Notes: a model not told the origin generated them from the sequence alone. A stretch of DNA of 64,000 nt from the human T2T-CHM13v2.0 reference genome, Homo sapiens (GCF_009914755.1 NC_060928.1); one strand, 5' to 3'; shown: positions 1 to 18,624, counted from the first letter of the stretch. Numbers and translations: made by a program.

Positions 1-11
1 TTAATTTTCTT

Positions 12-282
12 CTTTTTTTTTTTAAGAGACAGGGTCTTGCTCCATTGTCCAGGCTAGAGTGGTGTCACATGACCATGGTTCATTGTAGTCTTGACCTCCT
101 GGGCTCAAGTGATCCTCCTGCCTCAGCCTCCAGAGTATCTGGGACTACAGATGCATGCCACAACACCTGGCTATTTTTTTTCATTTTTTGTAGTGATGGG
201 GTCTCACTATGTTGCCCAGGCTGGTCTCGAACTCCTGGCTTTAAGTAATCCTCCCAAAGTGCTGGGATGAGCCACTGTGCCC
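12..282 (-). mobile_element. Alu SINE (AluJ-like)
   Basis: Poly-T then GAGACAGGGTCTTGCT...GGGCTCAAGTGATCCTCCTGCCTCAGCC...GAGCCACTGTGCCC; J-type diagnostics. Confidence 0.92.
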
Positions 283-286
283 AATA

Positions 287-2030
<1,744 letters not shown>

Positions 2031-2109
2031 CACACTTTAAAAAAATCTATGAAAGTATCAAAAGATGGATAAATATTTACGTATTTATACATAAATATAA
2101 ATAAACATT

Positions 2110-2585
2110 TATATCATTTGGGGGAAAAGAATCTTAATAACCAAAGCCAAAAATTATAAGGGAAAGAAAAAGATGATAGATTTAATTCTGTACAAAATTG
2201 AAAATATTTACCTAGCAAAAACTTCATTAATTAAAATGATATAATAAATAGGGATAAGATCCTTAATACTGTATAAAAAGAACTCTTATATATACATAAG
2301 GAAAAATCCACACACAAAAGCTACATTGGCAAAGGACATGAGCATGAAATTCACAAAAAAGAATAACCAAGGGTCAAAGAATATATAGAAAAAGAGTTTA
2401 TCTTCTCTAGTGATTACAAAGAAAAATGAAATTAGATTTTTTTTAACCTGTAAGACTGAAAAAGATGAGGAAGAGTGATAATATTCACTCAATGTAGTAA
2501 TTTCATATCCTTTCAGTAGGAATAAAAATTGGTTGAGTCTTTTTTGGAAGGCACCAAGTATTAACTCTTGAAAACGTGCATCCCC
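2110..2585 (+). mobile_element. Very old L1 (L1ME-like) fragment
   Basis: A-rich L1 ORF2-like text (GGAAAGAAAAAGATGATAGATTT, GGCAAAGGACATGA), heavily diverged. Confidence 0.6.
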
Positions 2586-2591
2586 AGCAAC

Positions 2592-3256
2592 TGTAGTTGT
2601 CCCTCAGTATCAGTGAGGAATTGGTTCCATTTGGTACCCTACAGGTACCAAAACCCATGGATGCTTAAGTCTCTTATATAAAATGGTATAGTATTTGCAT
2701 ATAATCTACACATATCCTTTTGTACACTTTACTTTTTATTTTTTAATTTTTTTTGAGACAGAGTCTCACTCTGTCAGCAGGCTGGAGTACAGTGGTGCAA
2801 TCTCGGCTCACTGCAACCTCTGACTCCCTGGTTCAAGCGATTCTCCTGCCTCAGCCTCCTGAGTAGATGGAATTACAGGCATGTGTCACCACTCCTGGCT
2901 AATTTTTGTATTTTTAGTAGAGAACAGGTTTCACCATGTTGGCCAGGATGGTCTTGATCTCCTGACCTCATGATCCACCTGCCTCGGCCTCCCAAAGTGT
3001 TAGGATTACAGGCATAAGCCACTGTGCCCAGCCCTTTTGTATACTTTACATCATCTCTAGATTACTCATGATACTAATACAATGCACGCACATCACTTCA
3101 TTTGCATGGATTCAACATAGTACTTGTACACATAGTACACACAGCAAATTCAAGTTTTGCTTTTCAGAGATTTGTGGAATTTTTTTCTGAATATTTTTGA
3201 TTTGAGGTTGGTTGAATCCATGGATGCAGGACTGATGCACATGACGAACATACTGT
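2592..3256 (+). mobile_element. MER2B (TcMar-Tigger) DNA transposon, interrupted by an Alu
   Basis: GTTGTCCCTCAGTATC...ATTGGTTCCA, ATAAAATGGTATAGTATTTGCATATAA, GGTTGGTTGAATCCATGGATGC; MER2B-type CAGCAAATTCAAGTTTTGCTTTT segment. Confidence 0.85.
2733..3033 (-). mobile_element. Alu SINE (AluS)
   Basis: Full dimer; TSD CTTTTGTA(C/T)ACTTTAC at 2717-2732 and 3034-3049. Confidence 0.95.
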
Positions 3257-3437
3257 GTATACCTCTGGGTTTATGCTAAGGAAATAATTGCTCAATAGAT
3301 ATGTACAAGTATGTTTAGCTATATATCTAAAAGAGCAAAAACTTCGAAAAATCTATCAACTATGTCTATCAACTATGGGGCCACTGAAAATAATGATGCA
3401 GATTATCGATTTATAGATATACATGTCATATGGTTTG

Positions 3438-3866
3438 TTTCATGCGCGTCCGTGTAAAGAGACCACCAAATAGGCTTTGGGTGAGCAATAAAGCTTTTAA
3501 TCACCTGGGTGCAGGCGGGCTGAGTCCGAAAAGAGAGTCAGCAAAGGGTGGTGGATTATCATTAGTTCTTATAGGTTTTGGGATAGGCGGTGAAGTTAAG
3601 AGCAGTGTTTTGCAGGCAGGGGTGGATCTCACAAAGTACATTCTCAAGGGTGGGGAGAATTACAAAGAACCTTCTTAAGGGTGGCGGAGATTACAAAGTA
3701 CATTGATCAGTTAGGGTGGGGCAGAAACAAATCACAATGGTGGAATGTCATCAGTTAAGGCTATTTTTACTTCTTTTGTGGATCTTCAGGTACTTCAGGC
3801 CATCTGGGTGTATACGTGCAAATCACAGGGGATGCGATGGCTTGGCTTGGGCTCAGAGGCCTGACA
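3438..3866 (-). mobile_element. HERV-H solo LTR (LTR7B-like)
   Basis: Reverse complement begins TGTCAGGCCTCTGAGCCCAAGCCAAGCCATCGCATCCCCTGTG and ends CACGGACGCGCATGAAA; 5-bp TSD GTTTG at 3433-3437 and 3867-3871. Confidence 0.93.
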
Positions 3867-4224
3867 GTTTGGATCTGTGTCCCCACCAAGTTTCATGTCA
3901 AATTGTATTCTCCACTGTTGGAAGTGGAGGGAGGTGGTTAGATCACAGGAATGGATTTCTCATGAATGGTTTAGCACCATTACCTTGGTGCTGTTCTCAT
4001 GATAGCGAGTGAGTGAGCTCTCGTGAGATCTGGTTGTTTAAAAGTGTGCAGCACCTCCTCCCTCACTCTCTCCTTCTCCTGCTCCTTCCATGTAAGATGC
4101 CTCATTCCCCCTTTGCTTTCCACCATGATTAGAAGCTTCCTGAGGCCTCTGCAGAAGTAAAAGCTGCTATGCTTCCTGTACAGCCTGCAGAACCGTGAGT
4201 CAACTAAACCTCTTTTCTTTATAA

Positions 4225-4830
<606 letters not shown>

Positions 4831-5737
4831 TTTTCTTTATAAGTTACTCAGTCTCTGACATTTCTTCATAGCAGTGCAAGAACGGACTAATACAACATGG
4901 AAAGATATTATATATTCATATTCATATATTTTTGAGTAAGAGAAGTAGGTTGCCAAGTAACATGCCTAGTACAATCCCAGTTTTATTTACTTACATGTTT
5001 AAATATTTATTTTTGACAAAATTTGGGAGAATATGTATATAAAAGTATTAAAACTGATTGTGTCTTTGTAGTGGGATTTTAAGTGATTCATATTTTCCTC
5101 TTTTGTATCTTTTTCTGAAGTCTCTACAATGAACATGTAATCTTGTTAGAGTAATGGTTTTGTTAAATGATAATATTACTTTTTCAGTAGCGTTGAGTAC
5201 ATTGTTGTGCAACCATCACCACTATCTGGTTCCGGAACTTTTTCATCTTCCCATACTGAAACTCTGCACTCATTAAACAGTAATTCCCCTTTGCCCCTCC
5301 TCTAGTGATAATAGCTTTAAATCAAGAAAATTCTACATTTAATAATTTTATTTTTTCCCCCTTCCCAACTACACATATACTTTTAAGAAAAGAACAGTTT
5401 TATTGAGATATAAATCAAATGCCATACAATTATCCTGTCACACACATACTTTGGAAGTTCTGTGACCCTCTTTGTAGTTTGTTTGTTTGTTTGATGGAAG
5501 CATTTTTACCAGGCAGAAAGTACAACGTTGGAAGTGAATGTTCTTGAATTTATTGGAGACAAATTATAGAGGAATAATGATATGTGAATTTTACCTACCA
5601 TAAACCTGCATCCTGTATTTGGACAGGAGCTCTGTGTACCTTCAAAAACTGTTCAAAACTGGTTTTAGGTCCAGCTCCCTGTGAAAGTTGAGTTAAGCTA
5701 AAGAGCAGGAATCTATTAACAGGTCAACAGCAGCAGG

Positions 5738-5751
5738 GGGGCGGGGATTGG
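5738..5751. promoter_or_regulatory. Adjacent GC box (Sp/KLF) and inverted CCAAT box
   Basis: GGGGCGGGG immediately followed by ATTGG in non-repeat DNA; motif match only. Confidence 0.3.
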
Positions 5752-6369
5752 AAAGGGCCTGGAGCAGCTGCGGTTCATTTGGGAGTTTAAAATTGGCTTT
5801 TCTTTTATTCTCTTATTCCTGCTACCTCCATAGAATCCAGGAAGAATAGGGATGTTTTTTCCTACATTTGATTATAACAGGCCCAAATCTCTTTGAACAT
5901 AACCAGTAAAGGAAAGAAGCATCCGTGGCCATCAAACTGGGTAAAATGGTAACATAATCTCTGATGTGTAGTTTGAATCCTATTAATTATAATTGTGTAG
6001 AATTGTACAGTGAGAATGCTTTGGGAGTTTTTAACGCTAGGTTTTTCAAAGACTACATTCCTCATTAGACCTTCCCCATTAAGGCATGCTTGAGTGATGC
6101 TACACAGCCGAATAGTTGGGATTTTTTCCCCCTCTTGTCATAGTCTGAAGACAAAGGATTCTTCCGCTTGCCAAAGTTCCAGGGAGCCTAGGTTGAGCCG
6201 CTGTGACAGCACTTCGGCAGGGAGCTTTTTATTCAGTCTTCGATTTGCCGTCAGGCCTCATTCACGAAACAGGATCAAGTTGGAGCAGTACACGGAGAAA
6301 AAAAAATCAACAGAGGAAAATCTCGCACAGCCAGATATGGCGCCATGGGTCACTTTTTCCTTTCACTAA

Positions 6370-6380
6370 TGCTGAGTCAT
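6370..6380. promoter_or_regulatory. ARE / CNC-sMAF (NRF2, NF-E2, BACH) consensus site
   Basis: TGCTGAGTCAT with an AT-rich 5' flank, next to a CpG-retaining segment; motif match only. Confidence 0.4.
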
Positions 6381-6539
6381 GATGCAGTCTAGGCTAAGGC
6401 ACAGAAAACTGTACATTTCTGGTCCTAACTGCATTGTTGTCCCTCAGGATTCTCGGTGCCTTTGCTAAAGTAATGTTACAACAGTCCAGAAAATGCTAGC
6501 ATTAGTATTGCAGCTTACTTGACTTCTCTGAGAAGCAGC

Positions 6540-6735
6540 GAGAGTGGCACAAAAGAGCTGGGAGCCCTGCAGTTGATACCAAAATAACCTGCCAATGGCC
6601 TTACAACCTTGCTACTTCTCAGTTTTTCCTAGCCTCAGTTTCCTCGTCTACAAAGTATGGATAATGTGCTGCTGCTTCTTATTTACAAGGTTCTTGTGAG
6701 GATCAAACAGAGGTAATGCATATGAAAATGTTTGT
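6540..6735 (+). mobile_element. MIR SINE
   Basis: GCCTCAGTTTCCTCGTCTACAAAG...GGTTCTTGTGAGGATCAAA core. Confidence 0.7.
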
Positions 6736-7190
6736 TACATTACCCAGGAATGATTCTTATTATCATCAGAATTTTTATATTTGAATTTAGAAGTTGTATG
6801 TATGTGATCGCTTCTGGATTATGTGTGTGTGAACTTCACACATTATCAAAAGAGATTACTTTTTTAATATTGTTTGCCCAAGGGAAAGTGTTGAGGGCTA
6901 CATAAGTTTAAAAATGACTTTAACTTAGGCATTAGATATAAAATGGTCTCCCCATTTGCCTTCAATTCAGTAAAAACAGCATATTTGTGATTGGCTACAT
7001 CAACAGGCATCCTTCCCTCTTATGTATAATCTGGTATAGCATAGTGATTAAAAGCACAAGCTGTAGAGCCAGATGCACAAACACAACATTTTTGTGTTGA
7101 CAAAAGACAAAGACACTACCACCGTTGCGACCTTTATGTATCTTACTATCTAAGGTTTTTAAATCCATATTACATCTTTACACCATCGGT

Positions 7191-7920
7191 TGTTTATTAG
7201 TTTATTAGAGCTGGCAAAACAAAATGCCGCAGACTGGGTAGCTTAAACAACAGAATATTTTTTTCACAGTTCTGGAGGCTAGAAGTCCAGGATCAAGGTG
7301 TGAGCAGGTTTGGTTTCTCCTGAGGACTTTGTCCTAAGTTTGCAGAGGCTGCCTTCTTACTGTATCCTAGCAGGTCTTTCCTCTGTGCCCCCACATCTCT
7401 GGTGTCTCTCTGTATATCCAAATTTCCTCTTAGAAGAGGCCACTAGTGGTAGCTCACACCTGTAATCCCAGCACCTTGGGAGGCTGAGGCTGGTGGATAG
7501 TTTTAAGTCCAGGAGTCAAGACCAGCCTGGGTAACACAGTGAAAGCCCGTATCTACAAAAAAAAAAAAAAAAATTAGCCAGGCATGGTAGTATGCCCCTG
7601 TAGTCCCAGTTACTTGAGAGCTGAGGTAGGAGAATCACCTGATTCTGGGAAGTCAAGGCAGTAGTGAGCCATAATCACACCACCACTGCACTCCAGCCTG
7701 GGTGTTGGAGTGAGACCCTGTTTCGAAAAAATACAAATAAAAAAAATTTAAAAAAAAAAAGAAGAAAAAGCAATTAGATTGTATTAGGGCACATCATAAT
7801 GGCTTTATTTTAACTTAATCACCTCTTTAAAAGCCCTATCTCTAAAAAGTCACATCTGAGACACTGGGATTTAGGGCTTCAACATAGGAATTTTGGGAGA
7901 ACATAGTTCAACCCCTAACA
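7191..7920 (-). mobile_element. MLT1 (MLT1B/C-like) MaLR LTR, interrupted by an Alu
   Basis: GCTTAAACAACAGAA...CACAGTTCTGGAGGCTAGAAGTCCAGGATCAAGGTG...TTAGGGCTTCAACATAGGAATTTTGGG...TAACA. Confidence 0.85.
7438..7770 (+). mobile_element. Alu SINE (AluJ-like)
   Basis: GCTCACACCTGTAATCCCAGCAC...CACTCCAGCCTGGGTG, A-rich tail. Confidence 0.92.
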
Positions 7921-8835
7921 TAATGCTCTCTACTCCACAGATAATGCAAAATTAGCCAAGGGACCAGGATTGACTCTAGTATCATACAAAAGAGTCAAAG
8001 GCAATTGTGAGTCTAGTAGTAAAATTTATTTGAATATCTCATGTGGTACTCACATCAATCATATAAAAGACATCTGACTTTTATGGAGAAACTCAGACTT
8101 TCATGGAAAATCATAGATATTTGGCAATAATTTTTGGCTTAGTCCATAAAGAGTTTGGAAATTAGAATTTGGGGTTGTGTCAGAATACGGAAACAGAATT
8201 CACACTAGTTGTTTCAGCAGAGGAAATTTAATACAGAGAATAAGTATAAAGATATTTACTACTACCTGCTTACCAGATGCAATTTTGCATGATATTCTAA
8301 ATGAAGCAGACACATGATAGTTTGTGGCATGTCAAGATGATCAAGAATATGACAGTGCAGGAGTTGACATAGTTCTGAGACAGCAGTGTGAAGGTATGCT
8401 GTTGTCCTCATTAGGTGAAAGCAAAAGGCTTATGGTAATTCTTGAGAATTTTTTGAAGGGGAAAAAAATGTTAAGATCAATAGCTAAGTACTACATGCGA
8501 GATACTTGTATTGCTTTGCTCAAGTTATCACATCTGGAACAGCAGTTGCAATTGGCATTACTTGATTAAGTTTACAAAAATCCATATTCACTGTCCAAGA
8601 TGAATAAATCTGCACAGGCCAAATTAAATGGGAATGTTAGGAATCACACCTGTATCTTTTAAGTCTTTGGTGGTGGCATTAATCTTGACAGTTCTTCCAA
8701 GGGTGTGATAATTGCTTTTAGTTTACCATTAGGATAGGACAAAAGGAGTTCCAAGGGCTTCCACTTGGCCCTCCTACAGTATTAGCTCTTTCTCTACATC
8801 CCAGTGTGGAAATTAGATCATTTTTAAAGCATGTT

Positions 8836-11698
<2,863 letters not shown>

Positions 11699-11976
11699 TC
11701 ACCTGAACACCATAAATGTTCTCTTTGGCTACTGATCCCCAGTGGTGTTTTGAGTGCCTGAACTAGCATTCATTCACAACCATTATATAGAATTCTTCAA
11801 GGATATATAGAATCTTTAATTTCTCTCAATAAAAAGGTCAAACTTCACTTGAATCATATTAGCAAGTTTAATCCACATTATTTGTTTATCTGGAGAGCTA
11901 GCATATGTCTACATATGTATGTATGCATACCTATTTATTCCAAAACTGATTTAAAGTGTGCACTTATCTAAGAAGT

Positions 11977-12462
11977 TGTAGTAGCCAAGGTGGTACACTG
12001 CTCAGATGTTACTTCAGGAGAAACTGCTTCAAGGAACATAATTGTCAGACAGTTTCCAGCTGTTACACCTTTGGATCTGCTGCAGTGTTTATGCCAAGGC
12101 CATGCTCACCCCAGGCTGCTACTAGCCAATAGCTGAACATATTGGGGTATGAAAGCCATGCCATTCTGCCTGATGCCTCTTACAGTAGGCAATCTTTGCT
12201 CCAGGACTTCCCATCAGCCTGGCCAAGACTTTCTCAGAATCACACTGCAGGCCGAAGCTCCTTTTCCTCAGTCCTCCTGCCTTCCCTCCTGGCTTTCTCT
12301 CTCCCCTTTCACAGGTGTCAGATCCACATTGTGTTCAAAGAGCTCTCTTCTCCTATTTCTGATACCTCACTTGTTTATCCTCTGTAGGTGTTTCTCCTAA
12401 TACATCTCTTGCACATCTGGTTCCACCTTGGCATCTGTATCTTTGAGGACCTAAACAGACAC
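11977..12462 (+). mobile_element. ERVL LTR (LTR16B-like)
   Basis: TG...CA termini; GCCAATAGCTGA, TTTGCTCCAGGACTTCCCATCAGCCTGGCCAAGACTTTCTCAGA, CTTGGCATCTG...GAGGACC. Confidence 0.7.
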
Positions 12463-13684
12463 AGAAATCAAGTAACAATGCAAAAAGCCTGACGCTCACT
12501 GACTATTAGATTGTTGACAAATATAAGATTGCTGGGCCTTGGGAAAGCATAATTTCACTTGTTCCTAATAACTGAAAATGCTTTTTGAAAAACTAAATAT
12601 GCCATGCATAAAGGGCCTAAGATTTAGGTTTTCCTGTAGAAAAACATCTGTGCCCTAGTGGGAAAGTATCACTTTTAAATATAAAATTTTAAAATGAATC
12701 CAGGGAAGACATTAAATTCCCAGGATTGAGGACAATAACCAAGAACCTGAACAGCATTTACGTGTTTGTTGGTCTCTGCTTTCTTTATCTTGCCCTCTTT
12801 GCTTCCTGCTTTATGTTATAAAGTGTTAATGTGTCAAAAATGAAAAATGTAGGGTTGGTGTGATGTTCTCAACAGGCTTCTTGAAAAATATTTTTTTCAT
12901 CTTTCAAGAATCAGCTAAAATTGAATTTGGCATTGTTTGCCCTTTGTTGCCTAGGCATTGGGGTCAGACTCTTGTCTGACCTAAGTGAAGCCATGATGGA
13001 CAGTTCTGTAGAGGGCATTATCACAGCCTAATCAGATAAACTGAAAGCAAAATTGTTTTTCTCTCTCCCACAGAATCTGCTCCTCCATTTTCTTCCTCTT
13101 TTATATTCTTTTCTAACTTGCCCTGTGAATTTTCAAGACATAGTAAGATTTTATTGTTATTACTGAGATAGATTGGTTGCAGAAACTGTTGTATGAACCA
13201 AATGTCTTCTGCCTTGTAGATAGACTTCCTCAGGAACTAAGAGCAGTGTCTGTACGCCTCAGGTAACAAGTCACTGCCAACTCTGTAATACGTTTTAACC
13301 TGATGCAGAAGTAGGGGCCCTGCTGTTTTCTGGATTCTTTAGCCTTTTGTTCAATGTAATAATGCATTTAATCATGGGAGAATTTAAAACATTTACCTTG
13401 TAATAGTAGCAATAAGTCTAAGTCCCAAATCAATAGAAACCTGGCAAAAAATACTCAGACTAAACAAAATTACCAAGAACAACGACAAAAACCAAATCCT
13501 AAGAGCCATAAAGGAATCCCTTTTTTGTACATGTTTAATTTTACATTTTAGCAAAAATAAAAAATAAGGAAGCAATAAGTTTAGGTTTGGGCTGAAGATG
13601 CAATGAAAATATAGGCTTATGAGAAAGTAAAATACTAATAAAATAGTATTTTGCTTCTCTGCTGGGGGAGTAAGTGAAGGAAAC

Positions 13685-14190
13685 TAATATTTCTTGCATT
13701 TATGCTATGTGCCAACCCTTGTGCTGGATGCTTTTTATATATATTATCTTGGCCCTCCCCAGAACCCAGAAAAGTTTTTTTTTTTTTTCTAGACAGGGTC
13801 TCACTCTGTCACCCAGGCCGGAGTGTGGTGACTCAATCACGACTCACTGCAGCCTCAACCCTCTGGGCTCAAGTGATCCTCCCACCTCAGCCTCCCGAGT
13901 AGCTGGGATTTCAGGTACATGTTATCAGACCCAGCTAATTTTTTTAAAAATTTTTGGTAGAGATGGGGTTTCACCATGTTGCCCAGGCTGCTCTTGAACT
14001 CCTGGGCTCAAGCCATCTGCCTGCCTCTGCTTCCTAAAGTGCTGAGATTACAGGCACGAGCCACCATAGCCAGCTCCCATGTCATCATTTTGTCAGTGAG
14101 TAAACTGAGGCTTAGATAAGTGAAATAAGCTGCCTGAAATCGCATGCGTTTGTGGTCCCTCTGGGATTCAAACCCAGTCCTGTCTGACTT
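13685..14190 (-). mobile_element. MIR, interrupted by an Alu
   Basis: CTATGTGCCA...CATTTTGTCAGTGAGTAAACTGAGGCTTAGA...GGGATTCAAACCCAG. Confidence 0.75.
13775..14074 (-). mobile_element. Alu SINE (AluJ-like)
   Basis: AGACAGGGTCTCACTCTGTCACCCAGGC...GGGCTCAAGTGATCCTCCCACC. Confidence 0.93.
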
Positions 14191-14369
14191 TAAGTTGTGG
14201 ATAAAGAATGATTTTGGAACTGTGAAGGCTAAGCAAATACTGGTGAGAGGGACTAACTCACACATGAGACAGCTAAATAATGAAGTACATACAGTCTAGA
14301 GCAAGCAAAGACCCAGGCTAGTGGTAATCACTCCCTATGTATTTTGCCAGTCCTAACCAGAGTCTGAGA

Positions 14370-14490
14370 GCCCCTTACAAGTGAAGTCACTGCAACTGCA
14401 ATTGGTGATCTTTCAGGAACTAAGTGAGGAAAAGGAGGAAGCATGGAAAGACTTGAGATGAAGATAAGTAGTCCCAACTTTCACAAACCC
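14370..14490 (+). mobile_element. L3/CR1 LINE fragment
   Basis: GTGATCTTTCAGGAA...GGAGGAAGCATGGAAAGACTTGAGA...GTAGTCCCAACTTTCACAAA resembles CR1 ORF2 IFEKSWRTGEVPEDWRRANVVPIFKK. Confidence 0.5.
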
Positions 14491-15442
14491 GGGTATAACT
14501 TCAATAATTTCTGTTGCCTTTGAGACATGTTGAGCCCTCAGTTGCCTGGGCTTGAGGGAAGTTAGTACCAGAACTCAGAGAAAGGACTTGGTTATAAGGC
14601 TGATTCCAAGGAGTGCATAAAACTTTCTAATATCTGATACTGGAAATGGGAATGAAGAGTTCAGTCTTGATTTAAACTAGCTCCATTATTCTAGGAGGTG
14701 GGACATAAGGAAATATAGACAGCAGATGACATTTGAATTAACATAAGGGGCATAGAATGGCAAGCAGCCTGTTGGGAGCCAGACCAGTTAAGAGTTAAAA
14801 GACAAGATTCAGCCCACTGGGAAAGTGTGCTGTTAACTACAAGTCAGAGTAATAGGACTTCATCAGAAGGGCTGGAACTAATTTTTGCCTATCCTCTTGA
14901 CCAAGATTTGACAAGAGTGACGGAAGAGGAAACATTCTACATATAGGGGACATTCCTACATATTGCTAGTAGAAATGTAAATTAATACAGTACCTACAGA
15001 GAGAGTATCTTGGCAGTATCTGTTGGAATTACAAATTCACATTTTCTTTAACCCAACAAGACCACTTTTAGGTTTTGAACTTGTAGAAATACTCAATGTA
15101 CACAGTCATGTATATACAAAGACATTTCTGCAGGATTCTTGAAAAGGGCAAACAAATTATAGAATTCCTTGTCTCTTGACTAGGATTTTTGTATAGGTTT
15201 TATAATTCCCTCTTAGGGCTTTCAGTAGTTACCACTTAGCTATTATTTTTATAATAAATGAGTTTATTTTTAAATTATTATGTTAATTCATAATTATTAT
15301 GATAATTAAAGCCAAAATTGTATTATATATAAATATATATACATATATCTAAATATTTACACATTAGTTTAAGCAAGATTATGTTGTTAAAGCTATTTTC
15401 AGTTTAATGTGATACAGTGTTTTGTTTGTTAATAGTGATTCA

Positions 15443-15940
<498 letters not shown>

Positions 15941-16092
15941 AGCATTTAATAAGCATTTCAATTTTTAAAATTAAGGAAATTTTGGTTTTGACTATAGGTC
16001 CTAGTCAAGTCTTTCCAGAACTGATATGGCCAACCTCTGTTGAGCAATGTGGATGTTAGAAGATGGGGAGCCAGTGAGGGACTGCAGGTTAA

Positions 16093-16500
<408 letters not shown>

Positions 16501-17624
16501 TAGTACTCTAGGTGGATGAGAGGATTGGGGTCAGGAAAAAAGTCTGGTAAGTCAAAGAATAGAGCTGGGTTTGATTTGAAAAGACAAGATAATGGACAGT
16601 TTTTAAGAGATAGAGCTTTATAGGAAGGAAGATTGAGATTTAAGACGAAATATGTCAAGAATGGGTCAGTTAAGTTCTACCTGGTATATCAGATCTCCTT
16701 CTTTAAAGCTTCACTCTTCATTGACATACACAGACAGATTTAAACAATTTAAACAAAAATTATAGCTAACTCTTAAGTACTTAATATATGCCCAAGCTTA
16801 ATGCTTTATATGCATTAACTCACTGATTTCTTACACCTCTATGAAGTAGGTCCTATTATAATCCCCATTTAACATAAAGTTGAGGAAAGAGGCCTATACA
16901 CTAAGTGATTTGACCCCAGACCCATAGCTATTCACTATACTGTGTCTCTCTGTCTACCTCATAGGGTTTCTGTGAGAATCAAGTGAGTTTTGTGTGTGAA
17001 AGTACTTTGAAAACCACAAAGCATTTGATACTTGAAAACCAGTTCTCAAGAGATAGAAAATGTTATTCACTCTACTCTGTGGAACAATTCTTTAAAAACA
17101 GGACTTGGAAAGCAAGCTACTGTCAAAACTAAAATAAAATTAACCTCAAATTAGAGGAGCACTTTTAGATGACAAAATAAGTACTAAGAAAATACAACAA
17201 TAAAAAGAAAAAATGACATACAATCAAGATACAAGACTAATTGTAATTTTTAAAATGGCCTTTTTTGATGGGGTGAAAGTTTTTCACAGAGCTGAAAGCT
17301 GTGATTGCATTGCCACATTTTACAAAACAGTCTCTGGAACAGGATTGACCTGGCTATCAAAGGATAATTACATGGCCTAATAGATTGTCCCTACCTTCAA
17401 CTGCTAATGAAGCCCTTGGAAAATGTATCCCCCACTTAACGAATGAGGCTGAAAATGCCAAGAAGCCTTTTGCCAAGGATGTGTTCTCTAGGCTCAGGCT
17501 GAATTCATTATTTTGTTAGAGTATTACCACCAAGCCAACCATGGGCAATTTAGCATGCCACATTTCAAGCAGAATTTAATTCATCTCTGTGTGCCATAAA
17601 TGAGACAAATACCCTGTGATCAGG

Positions 17625-17636
17625 TGACAGCTGTCA
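17625..17636. promoter_or_regulatory. TALE homeodomain (TGIF/MEIS/PKNOX) palindromic dimer site
   Basis: Perfect TGACAGCTGTCA, flanked by GCCATAAA at 17593-17600 and 17642-17649. Confidence 0.45.
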
Positions 17637-17970
17637 GTAATGCCATAAACAGAAAGTATTAATGTAAGTGGTGAATTCCTCTTAATCATACCCCCATTAA
17701 AAGCTGGTACAAAAATTAGGGGGTGTGTGTGTGTGAGAGAGAGAGATTGTGAGGAAAGGCATGCATAAAATAGTCTGATTACTTTACGATACTCAACTCC
17801 ACTTTTGTTATAAAACCTCACTTATTTTCATACCAAAAAACAACAGGTAAATTTCTTGATGAAAGAAAGTACCTCTGAGTTACCCTTTGTCTGAAAATGT
17901 ATGTCTTTTTATGGAATTGCCTAGCTCTGAAGATAGCTATTGCTTATAAAGACTAGTTTGTTCTTCCTTT

Positions 17971-18270
17971 CTTTCTTTTTTTTTTTTTTTGAGATGGAGT
18001 CTCACTCTGTCGCCCAGGCTGGAGTGCAGTGGCGTGATCTTGGCTCACTACAACCTTTGCCTCCCGACTTCAAGTGATTCTCCTGCCTCAGCCTCCTGAG
18101 TAGCTGGGACTACAGGTGCACACCACCACGCCTGGCTAATTTTTTGATTTTTAGTAGAGATGGGTTTTCACCATGTTAGCCAGGATGGTCTCGATCTCCT
18201 GACCTTGTGATCCACCCGCCTTGGCCTCCCAAAGTGCTGGGATTACAGGCATGAGCCACCGCGCCCAGCC
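17971..18270 (-). mobile_element. Alu SINE (AluS)
   Basis: Full dimer; TSD AGTTTGTTCTT(C/T)CTTT at 17955-17970 and 18271-18286. Confidence 0.95.
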
Positions 18271-18624
18271 AGTTTGTTCTTTCTTTAAGACCACATGCTT
18301 TCCTTAATGTAGCAAATCTAAAAGCAGGGACATTTGGAATGTTACTCAAAGTGGGAGGGAGTCCTACCACCCAGGGAGCCTGACATCCCAGTCAGAAAGT
18401 GACATATGAATGTATTAAGAATGGGCCCAACATCTAACAATAAAAAAAATGGGTTACCTTAAACACCATTTTTTGAACACTTACTGCTCCCAGGCTCTGA
18501 ACATCTGAAGAAACATCTGAGAGACACCAAGGATGCAGTGAGAATCTTTTTTCTCATTAGATGTAAGAGCAGCTCTCAGTTCTTTTGGGCATCAGAGTTA
18601 CCTAGGAAGAGTTGGGGGTTGTAT

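Noticed and set aside
5728-5745. CTCF-like motif CAGCAGGGGGGCG, and a second at about 6329-6343
   Set aside because: The first is off-register by one G and the second mismatches several core positions.
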